Shown one piece after another: positions 29,071 through 38,567 of a stretch of 64,000 nt of DNA (positions within the stretch are counted from its first letter, which is position 1; each line of letters starts with the position of its first letter). The position numbers and the translations under genes are program-made. The notes under the pieces are model-generated. The model ran no database searches, was not told the origin of the DNA, and saw only the letters and a list, made by a program, of their open reading frames with translations. This DNA is from an uncultured Pseudomonadota bacterium (GTDB taxonomy: Bacteria > Pseudomonadota > Gammaproteobacteria > Burkholderiales > CAIKXV01), in the NCBI GenBank assembly GCA_903831455.1, contig CAIKXV010000197.1, positions 4,128-68,127 on the forward strand, read 5' to 3'.

Positions 29071-30651
29071 ATGGGCTTCGACGAGACATGGGACGTCATC
29101 GTGGTCGGCTTCGGCCACGCGGGCGGGATATCGGCGATCAACGCCGCCGACCAGGGCGCGCGCACGCTGGTGGTGGAGAAGTCGCCCGTGCCCGGGGGCC
29201 TGTCGATCTGCTCCTACGGCGCGGTGCGCAGCGCGCGCGACCGCGAGGGCGCGTACGACTACCTCACCGCCACCTGCGCCGGTCGCACGCCGGCTGCCGT
29301 GTTGCGTACGCTGGCCGATGGCATGTGCGAACTGGAGGCCTACGTCCGCGAACTCGCACGCGTGAACGGCGCGGTGATCGAGACCTCGATCGAACAGAAC
29401 GCGAAGGCCGAGGCGGCGACTGACCCGTACCGGCGGCGCATCAGCGCCAACTACCCGCTGCCCGGCACCGAGTCGTTCTATCACACGTCGGTCATCGACG
29501 TGCCCGGCTTCGACGCCCGCGCGGAATACCCGTGGGCGAATGGCGCACCGAACGGGCCGAAACTGTTCAAGGTCGTGCACGACAACGTGGCCAGGCGCGG
29601 GATCGAGGTGCGGCTCGCCACGCCCGCGCAGCGGCTGGTCACCGACCCCGCGACCCGCGAGGTGCTGGGCATCGAGGTCGGGGCACCCGGCGCCACGCGG
29701 AGGCTCCGCGCGCGGCGCGGCGTGGTGCTCGCCTGCGGTGGCTTCGAGGCGAACGGGGCGATGAAGCAGCAGTTCTTCGAGGGCCAGCCCGTGCTGAACG
29801 CCGCTGCGCGCTGCAACGAGGGCGATGGCATCCGGATGGCGCAGGCGCTCGGCGCGGGCCTCTGGCACATGTGGCACGTGCACGGCGCCTACGGCTTCCG
29901 CCATACCGACCCGTCCTACCCGTACGGCATCCGGGCGAAGCGCTTCCCCGACTGGTTCCCCGGCGAGTCCGATCGCCCTCGCCTCCCGATGGCGTGGATC
30001 CTGCTGGACCGCTTCGGGCGTCGGTTCATGTCCGAGTACCAACCCTACTCCCAGGACACCTGCATCCGGCCGCTGATGCAGCTCGACCCGGTGACCCAAT
30101 CGTTTCCCCGCAACCCCGCGTTCCTGGTCTGCGACGAGGCTGGCCGGCGGCTGTATCCGCTGGGCAAGCCGACCTCCAATGACCCCGGCATCCGCTACGA
30201 GTGGAGCGAGGACAACCTGCGCGAAGTGGACAACGGCATCCTCACCCGGGCAGCGACGCTGGAGGAACTGTTCGAGCGGCTCGGCCTCGACGCCGATGCC
30301 GTACGCGCAGGCGTCGCCAGCATCGCGCGCTGGAACACGCTGTGTGCAGCCGGGCGTGACGAGGACTTCGGCCGCCCGCCGGGTTCGATGCGGCCGATCA
30401 TCGAGCCGCCCTTCATCGGCGCGCCGGTGCACGCGACCCTGTCCAACACGCAAGGGGGCCCGGTGCACGACGAGCACAGCCGCATCCTCGACGTGTGGGG
30501 CGAGCCGATCCCGCGCCTGTACGCAGCCGGCGAGATGGGCAGTGCATTCGGCCACCTCTACTTCTCCGGCGCCAATATCGCCGAGTGCTTCGTCACCGGC
30601 CGGGTCGCCGGGTCCGCGGTCGCGCGGGAAGCGGCCGGCGCCTGGGCCTGA
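29071..30651 (+). CDS. FAD-dependent oxidoreductase (fumarate reductase flavoprotein / 3-ketosteroid dehydrogenase-like)
   Basis: DVIVVGFGHAG, VEK, VVLACGGF, GDGIRMA, TQGG, IPRLYAAGE; SD AGGAGG. Confidence 0.88.
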   Translation: MGFDETWDVIVVGFGHAGGISAINAADQGARTLVVEKSPVPGGLSICSYGAVRSARDREGAYDYLTATCAGRTPAAVLRTLADGMCELEAYVRELARVNGAVIETSIEQNAKAEAATDPYRRRISANYPLPGTESFYHTSVIDVPGFDARAEYPWANGAPNGPKLFKVVHDNVARRGIEVRLATPAQRLVTDPATREVLGIEVGAPGATRRLRARRGVVLACGGFEANGAMKQQFFEGQPVLNAAARCNEGDGIRMAQALGAGLWHMWHVHGAYGFRHTDPSYPYGIRAKRFPDWFPGESDRPRLPMAWILLDRFGRRFMSEYQPYSQDTCIRPLMQLDPVTQSFPRNPAFLVCDEAGRRLYPLGKPTSNDPGIRYEWSEDNLREVDNGILTRAATLEELFERLGLDADAVRAGVASIARWNTLCAAGRDEDFGRPPGSMRPIIEPPFIGAPVHATLSNTQGGPVHDEHSRILDVWGEPIPRLYAAGEMGSAFGHLYFSGANIAECFVTGRVAGSAVAREAAGAWA

Positions 30652-30772
30652 ACGCGCAACCACGGTGCCAAGGAAGCCACGGGCTGCTTCAATTGCCGAT
30701 CCGCGGATGCCGGCTGATCGGCGTTGGCGCCATCCGCGACGACACCCTCTCGGGAGGCGACTGCATGGACGC

Positions 30773-30801
30773 TTGAGGCCGTGGGATCGGCCGCGTAGAC
30801 T
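30773..30801 (+). promoter_or_regulatory. Putative sigma70 promoter of metC
   Basis: TTGAGG-N17-TAGACT ending 36 nt before the ATG. Confidence 0.5.
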
Positions 30802-30837
30802 CGATCTCGCAGGATCCACGCCCCACGAGTCTCCCCG

Positions 30838-32043
30838 ATGACCGACCGCACCCGCCCGAATCGGGAACCAGGCGCGCATTCGCGCCACAAGGACACGATC
30901 GTCGGCCATGCGGCGCGCGACCCGCAGCGCTTCTCGGGCATGGTGAATCCGCCGGTGTTCCGCGGATCGACCGTGCTGTTCGAGAACACCGCCACCTACG
31001 AGGGGCGGGACCCGGACGACTACAAGGTGATGCGCTACGGCGTGCACGGCACGCCGACCACCTTCGCCCTCGAAGCGGCGGTGGCGGAGCTCGAGGGCGG
31101 GCATGCCGCCGTCGCGGTGCCGTCGGGGCTGGCTGCGATCACCGCGGCGTTACTGGCCTACGCGCGGCAAGGCAGCCACCTGCTGGTGACCGACACCGCC
31201 TACGGTCCCACGCGCACCTTCTGCGACCGTCGGCTCACCGCCCTGGGCGTGGACGTCGAATACTACGACCCGGCGATCGGCGCGGACATTGCCGCACTGA
31301 TCCGCCCGCATACCTGCGCGGTGTACTGCGAGGCGCCGGGCTCGATGACCTTCGAGATGCAGGACATCCCGGCGATCGCCGCCGCCGCGCATGCGAAAGG
31401 CGTGCCGGTGCTGGCCGACAACACTTGGGGTACGCCCTACTTCTTCCGCGCCTTCGACCACGGCGTCGACGTGTCGATCCATGCGGGAACCAAATACATC
31501 GCCGGCCACTCGGACACGCTGATCGGCGTGATCGTCACCAACCCGGCGAACTGGCTGACCGTCCGGCGCAGCGTCGCCGACCTGGGCATGTGCGTGAGTC
31601 CGGACGACTGCTGGCTCGCGCTACGCGGCCTGCGAACCATCGGCGTTCGCATGCGTCACCAGATGCAGAGTGCGCTGGCCGTCGCCCGCTTCCTCGAGGC
31701 GCATCCCCGGGTCTCGCGCGTGCTGTACCCGGCACTGGAAAGCGACCCCGGCCATGCCGTCTGGAAGCGCGACTTCGACGGTGCCGCCTCGCTGTTCGGC
31801 GTGGTGCTGAAGCCTTCGACCGACGCGTCGGTGGTGGCGATGATCGATTCGCTCGAACTGTTCGGCATCGGGTCGAGCTGGGGTGGGTACGAGAGCCTGG
31901 CGATCCGGGCGAAGATGATCACGCGCACGGCGACGCCGTGGAACCCGGAGGGGCCGCTGGTCCGTCTCCACGTCGGCCTCGAACATCCCCAGGACCTGAT
32001 CGATGACCTCGCGCACGGGCTGTCGTTGCTCACGACGCAGTAG
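30838..32043 (+). CDS. metC: Cystathionine beta-lyase
   Basis: VNPPVFRGSTVLF, YGVHGTPT, PSGLAA, DNTW, PLP lysine motif AGTKYIAGHSD, GSSWGGYESL. Confidence 0.93.
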   Translation: MTDRTRPNREPGAHSRHKDTIVGHAARDPQRFSGMVNPPVFRGSTVLFENTATYEGRDPDDYKVMRYGVHGTPTTFALEAAVAELEGGHAAVAVPSGLAAITAALLAYARQGSHLLVTDTAYGPTRTFCDRRLTALGVDVEYYDPAIGADIAALIRPHTCAVYCEAPGSMTFEMQDIPAIAAAAHAKGVPVLADNTWGTPYFFRAFDHGVDVSIHAGTKYIAGHSDTLIGVIVTNPANWLTVRRSVADLGMCVSPDDCWLALRGLRTIGVRMRHQMQSALAVARFLEAHPRVSRVLYPALESDPGHAVWKRDFDGAASLFGVVLKPSTDASVVAMIDSLELFGIGSSWGGYESLAIRAKMITRTATPWNPEGPLVRLHVGLEHPQDLIDDLAHGLSLLTTQ

Positions 32044-32286
32044 ACCCACGGGAAACGCCGATGGCCTGCGTGTGCGGTGCGTCGCGTGTGCCTGCCGGGG
32101 CTGACGGTCGAGGGTCCACGGCTGATCGACAGCCCGCCAACCTCTTTCGCGCGGGGGGCCGACGCTGATCCATTCCCCGGTCACCGCCATCGGGTCGCTC
32201 GGCTAGAATCCAGGCGTTGAAACCGCCTGCGGTTGGATACGACGTCGGCATGCATCGACGCGGCCGATGGCGATCCTGGAGGATGC

Positions 32287-35034
32287 ATGGCCCGATCCCT
32301 TTCCCGGGCGGACGCCGCGAGCGTGCGTCGCGTGCTTCGCGTCGGCGACGCCGAGCACGACTACTTCAGCCTGGCCGAGGCGGCTGGGATCGGCCTGTCC
32401 GGGATCGAACGCCTGCCCTACACGATCAAGGTGATGGCGGAGAACCTGATCCGCCAGCGTGCGCTCGGCCAGTCCGGCCCGGAAGACCTCAACGGCTTCG
32501 TGCGGTGGCTCGCGCAGCGCGACGACCCTCGCGCCTCCGATCGCATGGAATGCGAGATCGGGTTTCGCCCGACGCGCATGATGATGCCCGACTCCTCCGG
32601 TATCACCCTGCTCGGCGACCTCGCCGCGATGCGCGACGCGATGGTCGAGCTGGGCGGCGACCCGTCACGGATCAACCCGCAGATTCCGCTCGACTTCATC
32701 GTCGATCATTCGGTGATGGTCGAAGCGCAGGGACGCGCGGATGCACTGGCCTTCAACATGCAGCGCGAGTTCGAGCAGAACCGCGAGCGCTACGAGTTCC
32801 TGCGCTGGGGCAGCCGGGCGTTCGACAACCTGCGCGTGTTCCCGCCGGGCTCGGGCATCCTGCACCAGATCAATCTCGAGTACCTCGCCCGCGTGGTGTC
32901 CACCGCCCAGACGGGAGGCCGCAGTCTCGCCTTTCCGGACTCGCTGATCGCGATGGACAGCCACACCGCGATGACCAACGCGCTGGGCATCGTCGGCTGG
33001 GGCGTCGGCGGGCTGGAAGGCGGCACGGTGGCGCTCGGCGAGCCGATCTCGATCCTCGTCCCCGAGGTCGTGGGCTGCCGACTGGTCGGTCGGCTGCCCG
33101 CGGGCGCGACGGCCACAGATCTGGCGCTCACCCTCACGCAGGCGATGCGCCACCACGGCGTGATCGCGAAGGTGGTCGAGTTCTTCGGCCCGGGCGTGGA
33201 CACGCTCACGCTGCCCGAGCGGGCGACGCTATCCAACATGTCGCCGGAGTACGGGGCGAACATGGGCTTCTTCCCGGTCGATGCCGAGACGCTCGCCTAT
33301 CTGTCGCTGACGGGCCGCGCGCCCGGGCAGGTGGCGCTGGTGGAGGCCTACTGCCGGGCACAGGGACTCTGGCGCGACGACACGCAGCCACTGCCCGACT
33401 ATGCACAGGTGGTGGAGATCGACCTCGCGTCGATCGAGCCCTGCATGGCCGGTCCGGGTCGGCCGGACGCGCGCGTACCGCTCGCACAGGTGCCGGCGGC
33501 GTTCGCCTCGTCGATCGCGCCAACCGCGCCCGACGCGTCCGCCCGGATGCGCATGCCGCTTCCCCGCATCGCCGACACGCTCGGCGACGGCGATGTGGCG
33601 ATTGCGGCGATCACCAGTTGCACCAACACCTCGAACCCGATGGTGATGATCGCCGCCGGCCTGCTCGCCCGCAACGCTCGGCGCCGCGGGTTGAAGCCAC
33701 CACCACGGGTGAAGACCTCGCTCTCCCCCGGCTCTCGCGTGGTGGCCGACTACCTCGAGCGCAGCGGCCTGCAGGCCGACCTCGACGCGCTGGGCTTCCA
33801 GGTGACCGGCTTCGGCTGCATGACCTGCATGGGCAATTCCGGTCCGCTGGCCGAGGACGTGCACGCAGCGATCGATGCGGCGCAGCTCGCGACCGTGGCG
33901 GTGCTCTCGGGCAACCGGAACTTCGATGCCCGCATCCACCCGAGCGTACGCGCGAACTTCCTCGGCTCGCCCCCGCTGGTGGTCGCCTGCGCGATCGCCG
34001 GCTCCGTCATGCGGGACCTCACCTGCGAGCCGCTCGGCCATGATCCGCACGGCCATCCGGTCTACCTGCGCGAGATATGGCCGGATGCACGCGAGGTCCG
34101 CGAGGTGCTGCAGACGACGCTCGACGCGAGCCTGTTCAGCGAACGCTATCGCACCCTGCTCGACGGCACGCCGCAATGGCAAGCGCTGCAGGCGCCCGAC
34201 ACCGCGCTCCACGAGTGGCGCCCCGACAGCCACTTCATCATCCGCCCGCCGTTCTTCGAGGGGATACCCGCCGCGCCGCCGCCGGTACCGCCGCTGCAGG
34301 GGGCCCGCATGCTGCTGATGCTGGGCGACATGGTGACCACGGATCACATCTCGCCGATCGGCGCGATTCCGGCCGATGGACCGGCGGGTCGCTACCTGCA
34401 GTCGCTCGGCGTCGCGCCGAAGGACTTCGTGAACTACGCGGCCCGGCGCCTGAACCACGAGGTGATGGTGCGGGGCACTTTCGCCAACCTGCGCCTGCGC
34501 AACGAGCTGACGCCCGGCGTGGAGGGCTCGTCGACGCGCCACCTGCCCTCGGGCGAGGCAATGTCGGTACACGAGGCCTCGGAGCGTTACCGCTCCGAGG
34601 GCGTGCCGCTCGTCGTGGTGGCCGGGCGGGAGTACGGCGCCGGATCCTCGCGCGACTGGGCTGCCAAGGGCACGCGCCTGCTCGGCGTGCGCGCGGTGAT
34701 CGCCGAGTCGTTCGAACGCATCCACCGGTCCAACCTCGTCGGCATGGGCGTGCTGCCGCTGCAGTGGCCTGCCGGCACGACGAGAAAGACACTCGGCCTG
34801 GTCGGCGACGAGACCTTCGATATCGACGCGCCCGCCGCCGCACTGGATCCGCGCGTACAGGTACCCTGCACCCTCCACCGACCGGACGGCAGCCGCGTCG
34901 AGCTCCTGCTGACCTCCCGCCTCGATACCCGCCTCGAGGTCGGGTATTACCGCAACGGTGGCATCGTCCAGTACGTGCTGCGCAAGTTCCTGCGCAGCGC
35001 TTCCACGACCCGGTCCGAGGAGGCCCTCTCATGA
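32287..35034 (+). CDS. acnA: Aconitase A family [4Fe-4S] hydratase (divergent)
   Basis: DHSV, HQINLE, DSHT, AAITSCTNTSNP, GCMTCMGNSG, SGNRNF, TTDHISP, GSSRDWAAKG; ATG after SD GGAGG. Confidence 0.9.
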   Translation: MARSLSRADAASVRRVLRVGDAEHDYFSLAEAAGIGLSGIERLPYTIKVMAENLIRQRALGQSGPEDLNGFVRWLAQRDDPRASDRMECEIGFRPTRMMMPDSSGITLLGDLAAMRDAMVELGGDPSRINPQIPLDFIVDHSVMVEAQGRADALAFNMQREFEQNRERYEFLRWGSRAFDNLRVFPPGSGILHQINLEYLARVVSTAQTGGRSLAFPDSLIAMDSHTAMTNALGIVGWGVGGLEGGTVALGEPISILVPEVVGCRLVGRLPAGATATDLALTLTQAMRHHGVIAKVVEFFGPGVDTLTLPERATLSNMSPEYGANMGFFPVDAETLAYLSLTGRAPGQVALVEAYCRAQGLWRDDTQPLPDYAQVVEIDLASIEPCMAGPGRPDARVPLAQVPAAFASSIAPTAPDASARMRMPLPRIADTLGDGDVAIAAITSCTNTSNPMVMIAAGLLARNARRRGLKPPPRVKTSLSPGSRVVADYLERSGLQADLDALGFQVTGFGCMTCMGNSGPLAEDVHAAIDAAQLATVAVLSGNRNFDARIHPSVRANFLGSPPLVVACAIAGSVMRDLTCEPLGHDPHGHPVYLREIWPDAREVREVLQTTLDASLFSERYRTLLDGTPQWQALQAPDTALHEWRPDSHFIIRPPFFEGIPAAPPPVPPLQGARMLLMLGDMVTTDHISPIGAIPADGPAGRYLQSLGVAPKDFVNYAARRLNHEVMVRGTFANLRLRNELTPGVEGSSTRHLPSGEAMSVHEASERYRSEGVPLVVVAGREYGAGSSRDWAAKGTRLLGVRAVIAESFERIHRSNLVGMGVLPLQWPAGTTRKTLGLVGDETFDIDAPAAALDPRVQVPCTLHRPDGSRVELLLTSRLDTRLEVGYYRNGGIVQYVLRKFLRSASTTRSEEALS

Positions 35035-36023
35035 CATCCACCCCAGCCGGCATCCCTGCCCTCGCTGCGGCCTGCTGCCTGCTGCCGCTCGCAACGGGGG
35101 CCCATGCGCAACCGGCGCAGCCGGACTACCCGACGAAATCCATCCTGTTCATGGTGCCGCAAGCGGCCGGCGGGTCCACCGACACGCTCGCGCGCCTGAT
35201 CGGCCAGCGACTGGGCGATGCGCTCGGCGTGACGATCACGGTGGAGAACCGTCCCGGCGCCAACGGCATCATCGGCACCGAAGCGGCGCTCAAGGCCGCG
35301 CCCAACGGCGGCACGCTGGTGGTGAGCGGCACCGGCATCATGGCGATCAACCCGTCGCTGTATCCGAAGTTGTCCTACGACCCGGTGCGCAACTTCGCCC
35401 CGGTGGCCAACTTCGGCTACTCGACCAGCGTGCTGGTCGCGCACCCGTCGCTGCCGGTGAAGACCATCGCCGAGGTGATCGCGCTGGCGAAGAAGAAGCC
35501 GGGCGCGATCAAGTTCGCCTCGGCGGGCGTGGGCAGCACGCCGCACCTGTCGGCCGCGCTGTTCCAGCACATGTCCGGCGTGGATATCCTGCACGTGCCG
35601 TACAAGGGCAGCACGCCGGGCGTGAGCGCCACCCTCACCGGCGAGACCGAGATCATGTTCACCGGGGTGGCCTCGGCGCTGTCGTTCATCAAGGCCGGAC
35701 GCCTGCGCGCGATCTCCATCAACGGCCCCCGGCGCAGCCCCGCGCTGCCCACCGTGCCCACGGCGGGCGAGTCCGGCCTGCCCGGATTCGAGGCCGACTT
35801 CTGGATCGGCCTGTTCGCCCCGGCCGGTGTGCCCCGCCCCCTGATCACGCGCCTCAACGCCGAGGTGAACCGCATCCTCACCGCCGAGGGCATGCGCGAG
35901 CGGCTCGGTGAACTGGGCGTGGATGCGGTGCCGGGCACGCCGGAGCAGTTCGGTGAACTGCTCGTGCGCGACATCGATCGCTGGGCGAAGGCGGTGCGCG
36001 CGGCGGGCCTGAAGGGGGAGTGA
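35031..36023 (+). CDS. Bug/TctC substrate-binding protein
   Basis: YPTKSILFMVPQAAGGSTD, ENRPGANG, HVPYKG; ATGA overlap with the aconitase stop. Confidence 0.95.
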   Translation: MTSTPAGIPALAAACCLLPLATGAHAQPAQPDYPTKSILFMVPQAAGGSTDTLARLIGQRLGDALGVTITVENRPGANGIIGTEAALKAAPNGGTLVVSGTGIMAINPSLYPKLSYDPVRNFAPVANFGYSTSVLVAHPSLPVKTIAEVIALAKKKPGAIKFASAGVGSTPHLSAALFQHMSGVDILHVPYKGSTPGVSATLTGETEIMFTGVASALSFIKAGRLRAISINGPRRSPALPTVPTAGESGLPGFEADFWIGLFAPAGVPRPLITRLNAEVNRILTAEGMRERLGELGVDAVPGTPEQFGELLVRDIDRWAKAVRAAGLKGE

Positions 36024-36033
36024 TCGGGCGTAT

Positions 36034-36060
36034 CGCCAGCCCCTCGCAGGGGGGCTGGCG
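36034..36060. terminator. GC-rich hairpin after the Bug gene
   Basis: CGCCAGCCCC...GGGGCTGGCG between convergent genes; no clear U tract. Confidence 0.4.
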
Positions 36061-36176
36061 CGCCCGTACGCGATCGGGTCCCAGGTGGTTGCCGGCGCAA
36101 TGCCCCGAGGCGCACTGCGGCGGCGAGCGTGCAAGGGGAAAGCACGCTCGCGCAACGGCCGCCCTGCCCGGCGGCT

Positions 36177-36704
36177 TCATCGGTAGCGCTTCAGCCCGGG
36201 GGACGCACGTGCAACGGTCTGATCGCGTTGCCGTTTCCGCTCCTGGCGGTCCTGGTGCCGCAGTTGCAGCTGACGGAGTCGCTCGTTGCGCCGCGCTTCG
36301 ACGGCCTGCGGCGCGTCGTACTCGGCCCGCCGTCGCCCTTCGGCCAACACCGCTCGATGGTGCATCTGCATGCGGCGGAACATCTCGCCACCCCAGCTGT
36401 CACCCAGGATCCGAGCCGTCTCCGGCTCGCCGATGGCCTTGGCCGCGTGGTACAGGATGCAGCGGATGTATCCGTCGAAATACCCACGCTCCCATCGCTC
36501 GATCTCCACGTCGGCAAGGCCATGGAGGATGCGGCGCTGGACATCGGCTTCGTCCGCGGGCACGCCCAGGTGCCGGGTGGCTCGCATGAGCGCGCGCTGC
36601 AATCCCTCGCGAAACTCCGTTGCCCTGCAAAAGCAGAAGACACGCGTGCACAGGTTTCGACGTTCGGTCTCGAACAGATAGTCGAGCAGCCAAGGGTCGG
36701 ACAT
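36177..36704 (-). CDS. Hypothetical protein (Cys cluster, charged C-terminal helix)
   Basis: SD GGAG, protein-like composition, LCTRVFCFC; codon usage looks atypical by eye. Confidence 0.6.
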   Translation of the reverse strand: MSDPWLLDYLFETERRNLCTRVFCFCRATEFREGLQRALMRATRHLGVPADEADVQRRILHGLADVEIERWERGYFDGYIRCILYHAAKAIGEPETARILGDSWGGEMFRRMQMHHRAVLAEGRRRAEYDAPQAVEARRNERLRQLQLRHQDRQERKRQRDQTVARASPGLKRYR

Positions 36705-36749
36705 GATCGGTCACTCCCGGAGGGGCCGGTGGGATCCGATCCGGATCGA

Positions 36750-36960
36750 TCATCGTGGCCGCCGAATCCCGCGCATCTGCGCCTCACGCAGCAGGAGGAT
36801 GTCCGGAATGGCCCGGCGGACGAGGATACCCACGGCCCAGTTGAACTTCGCCGCTGATTCGGCCGGATACCGCTCGAGCCGGGTCAGGACGATCTGGAAC
36901 CTTCACGCGACCGCGCGTGATATCTCGCCGAACTCGATCCGCCGATGCAGCGAGGGGTGC
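36750..36960 (-). pseudogene. Possible gene remnant with internal stop
   Basis: One frame reads HPSLHRRIEFGEISRAVA*RFQIVLTRLERYPAESAAKFNWAVGILVRRAIPDILLLREAQMRGIRRPR*; internal TGA at 36903-36905. Confidence 0.3.
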
Positions 36961-37385
36961 CGCCTGCCGGGGGTTGGTGCGCCCAGGCAGCCACGGCCGG
37001 CCGCAACGACCGGCGCCCCGATCGAAGACGCGCGGGATGCCCCGCCGTCTCCTGCGGACATGCGGGACGTCGCCGGACGGTCCGATGCGGGACACGCTCG
37101 CGGCCTGACGGCGGCACGGTGCCGCCATGCAGGGCGATCCTGCGTTCCCTTCGCCTCCGGTGCGACCTGGCCTGCCATCACGGACTCTCCGTGGGTCTGC
37201 TCGGCTTGCAGGTGGGCATCATGGCTGCCGGGCGACCCGCGGATACGCTACTCTAATTCCGGCAATCGAACCAGTCGGGTCGTACTGCCGGCCGCAAGGG
37301 CGCGCTCGATCGACCGGCTGCTCGCGTCCACGCTGCTGCCTCGTCCGCGCCCCGGCGCCATCGGCTTCCCCGGAGACCCGTCGCC

Positions 37386-38543
37386 ATTCGCACGCCCGCC
37401 CAACCACCACCCGACTACGCCGGCTTCCGGGTACGCGCCGTCGCAGCACTGATCGACCTGCTGCTGCTCGTCACCGTGTCCGCCGTGCTGCTCACCTACG
37501 TGTACGGGTGGACATACTGGACCCGGCCTTCGGGCGCGCTCACCGGCATCGGCGAGCTCCTGATCGTGGGGCTGGTGCCGCTGGCGATCGCCATCGGACT
37601 GTGGTGCTTCAGGCAGGGCACCCCGGGGCAGATCGCCCTCTCCCTGGGCGTGGTCGACGAGCACACCGGCGAGCCGATCTCCGCAGGCCAGGGGCTCATC
37701 CGGGCCGTGGCCGGCGTGCTGTCGGCGATCCCCCTCGGGCTGGGCCTGCTGTGGATCGCGTTCGATCCGAAGAAGCAGGGCTGGCACGACAAGCTTGCAG
37801 GCACGGTAGTCCTCACCGGCGTGGAGATGCCGATGCGCGGGCGAGACCAGGGCCGGGTGATGCGGCGAGATCGCCGTCCCCTGCCCCGGGACACCGACGA
37901 AGACACGGTCCTGCCGCTGCCCGACGCCGACCTCGAGTGGACCTCGGCCGTGGCGCTCGCGCGCAGCGACGGGTTCGGGCAGATCGTCGCCGCCCTGCTG
38001 CTGGCCCTCGCGGGCATCGGCGCCCTCGTCTATGCCGGGCCGCTGCGTGAAGTCGGCCCGTGGGCGATCGCCATCGCGGCGGTGGTGTTTCTCGCGCATG
38101 CGGCGGGGCTGGTCATGGGATGGCGCAGCTCGCTGTCCTTCGGCCTCGCCCTCTTCGCGCTGCTGGGGCTGGGCTCCCTCGGCGCGGGCGCGTGGTTCTT
38201 CACGCGCCTGCCTGGAACAGCCGGTTGGGAGTTCGTTGGCTACCTCTTCCTGGGGATCGTCACCTGGGTCATCGGGGCGGCGTCCTGCGCGGTCGGCGTG
38301 GCGTTATGGCAAAGCCGGAGTTCCTTCAGGGGCGACGGACGCGGTACCCGCGGCGCCCTCTTCGGGACCGTGGTGTCGCTGGTCGCGCTGGCGTGGGCGA
38401 GCCATGCCCTCTTCCAGTTCTACCGCACGTGCGAGAAGGCCAGGCCCGGGGCGAGACCGCCGGCCTGTGCCGTGCTGGGCGCCGCCTCGGGACCCGTTCA
38501 CCCACCGACGACGGCCTTTCCGCCGCCCTCGCCGCGCACCTGA
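37386..38543 (+). CDS. RDD family membrane protein fused to a multi-TM C-terminal domain
   Basis: PDYAGFRVRAVAALIDL, TPGQIAL, GLLWIAFDPKKQGWHDKLAGTVV; start uncertain (ATT 37386 proposed, first GTG 37476). Confidence 0.8.
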   Translation: MRTPAQPPPDYAGFRVRAVAALIDLLLLVTVSAVLLTYVYGWTYWTRPSGALTGIGELLIVGLVPLAIAIGLWCFRQGTPGQIALSLGVVDEHTGEPISAGQGLIRAVAGVLSAIPLGLGLLWIAFDPKKQGWHDKLAGTVVLTGVEMPMRGRDQGRVMRRDRRPLPRDTDEDTVLPLPDADLEWTSAVALARSDGFGQIVAALLLALAGIGALVYAGPLREVGPWAIAIAAVVFLAHAAGLVMGWRSSLSFGLALFALLGLGSLGAGAWFFTRLPGTAGWEFVGYLFLGIVTWVIGAASCAVGVALWQSRSSFRGDGRGTRGALFGTVVSLVALAWASHALFQFYRTCEKARPGARPPACAVLGAASGPVHPPTTAFPPPSPRT

Positions 38544-38567
38544 GTTCGCTGGCGCGGATCGAGCCGA

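Noticed and set aside
30652-30837. SAM or SAH riboswitch upstream of metC
   Set aside because: No recognisable consensus, and the putative promoter leaves only about 30 nt of leader; an Rfam scan would settle it
36903-36905. Selenocysteine recoding of the in-frame TGA
   Set aside because: No redox-motif context and no convincing SECIS hairpin; a nonsense mutation or non-coding DNA is more likely
28625-38560. Genomic island integrated at tRNA-Arg(CCT)
   Set aside because: No integrase, and I found no duplicate of the tRNA 3' end by eye; the downstream genes have host-like composition
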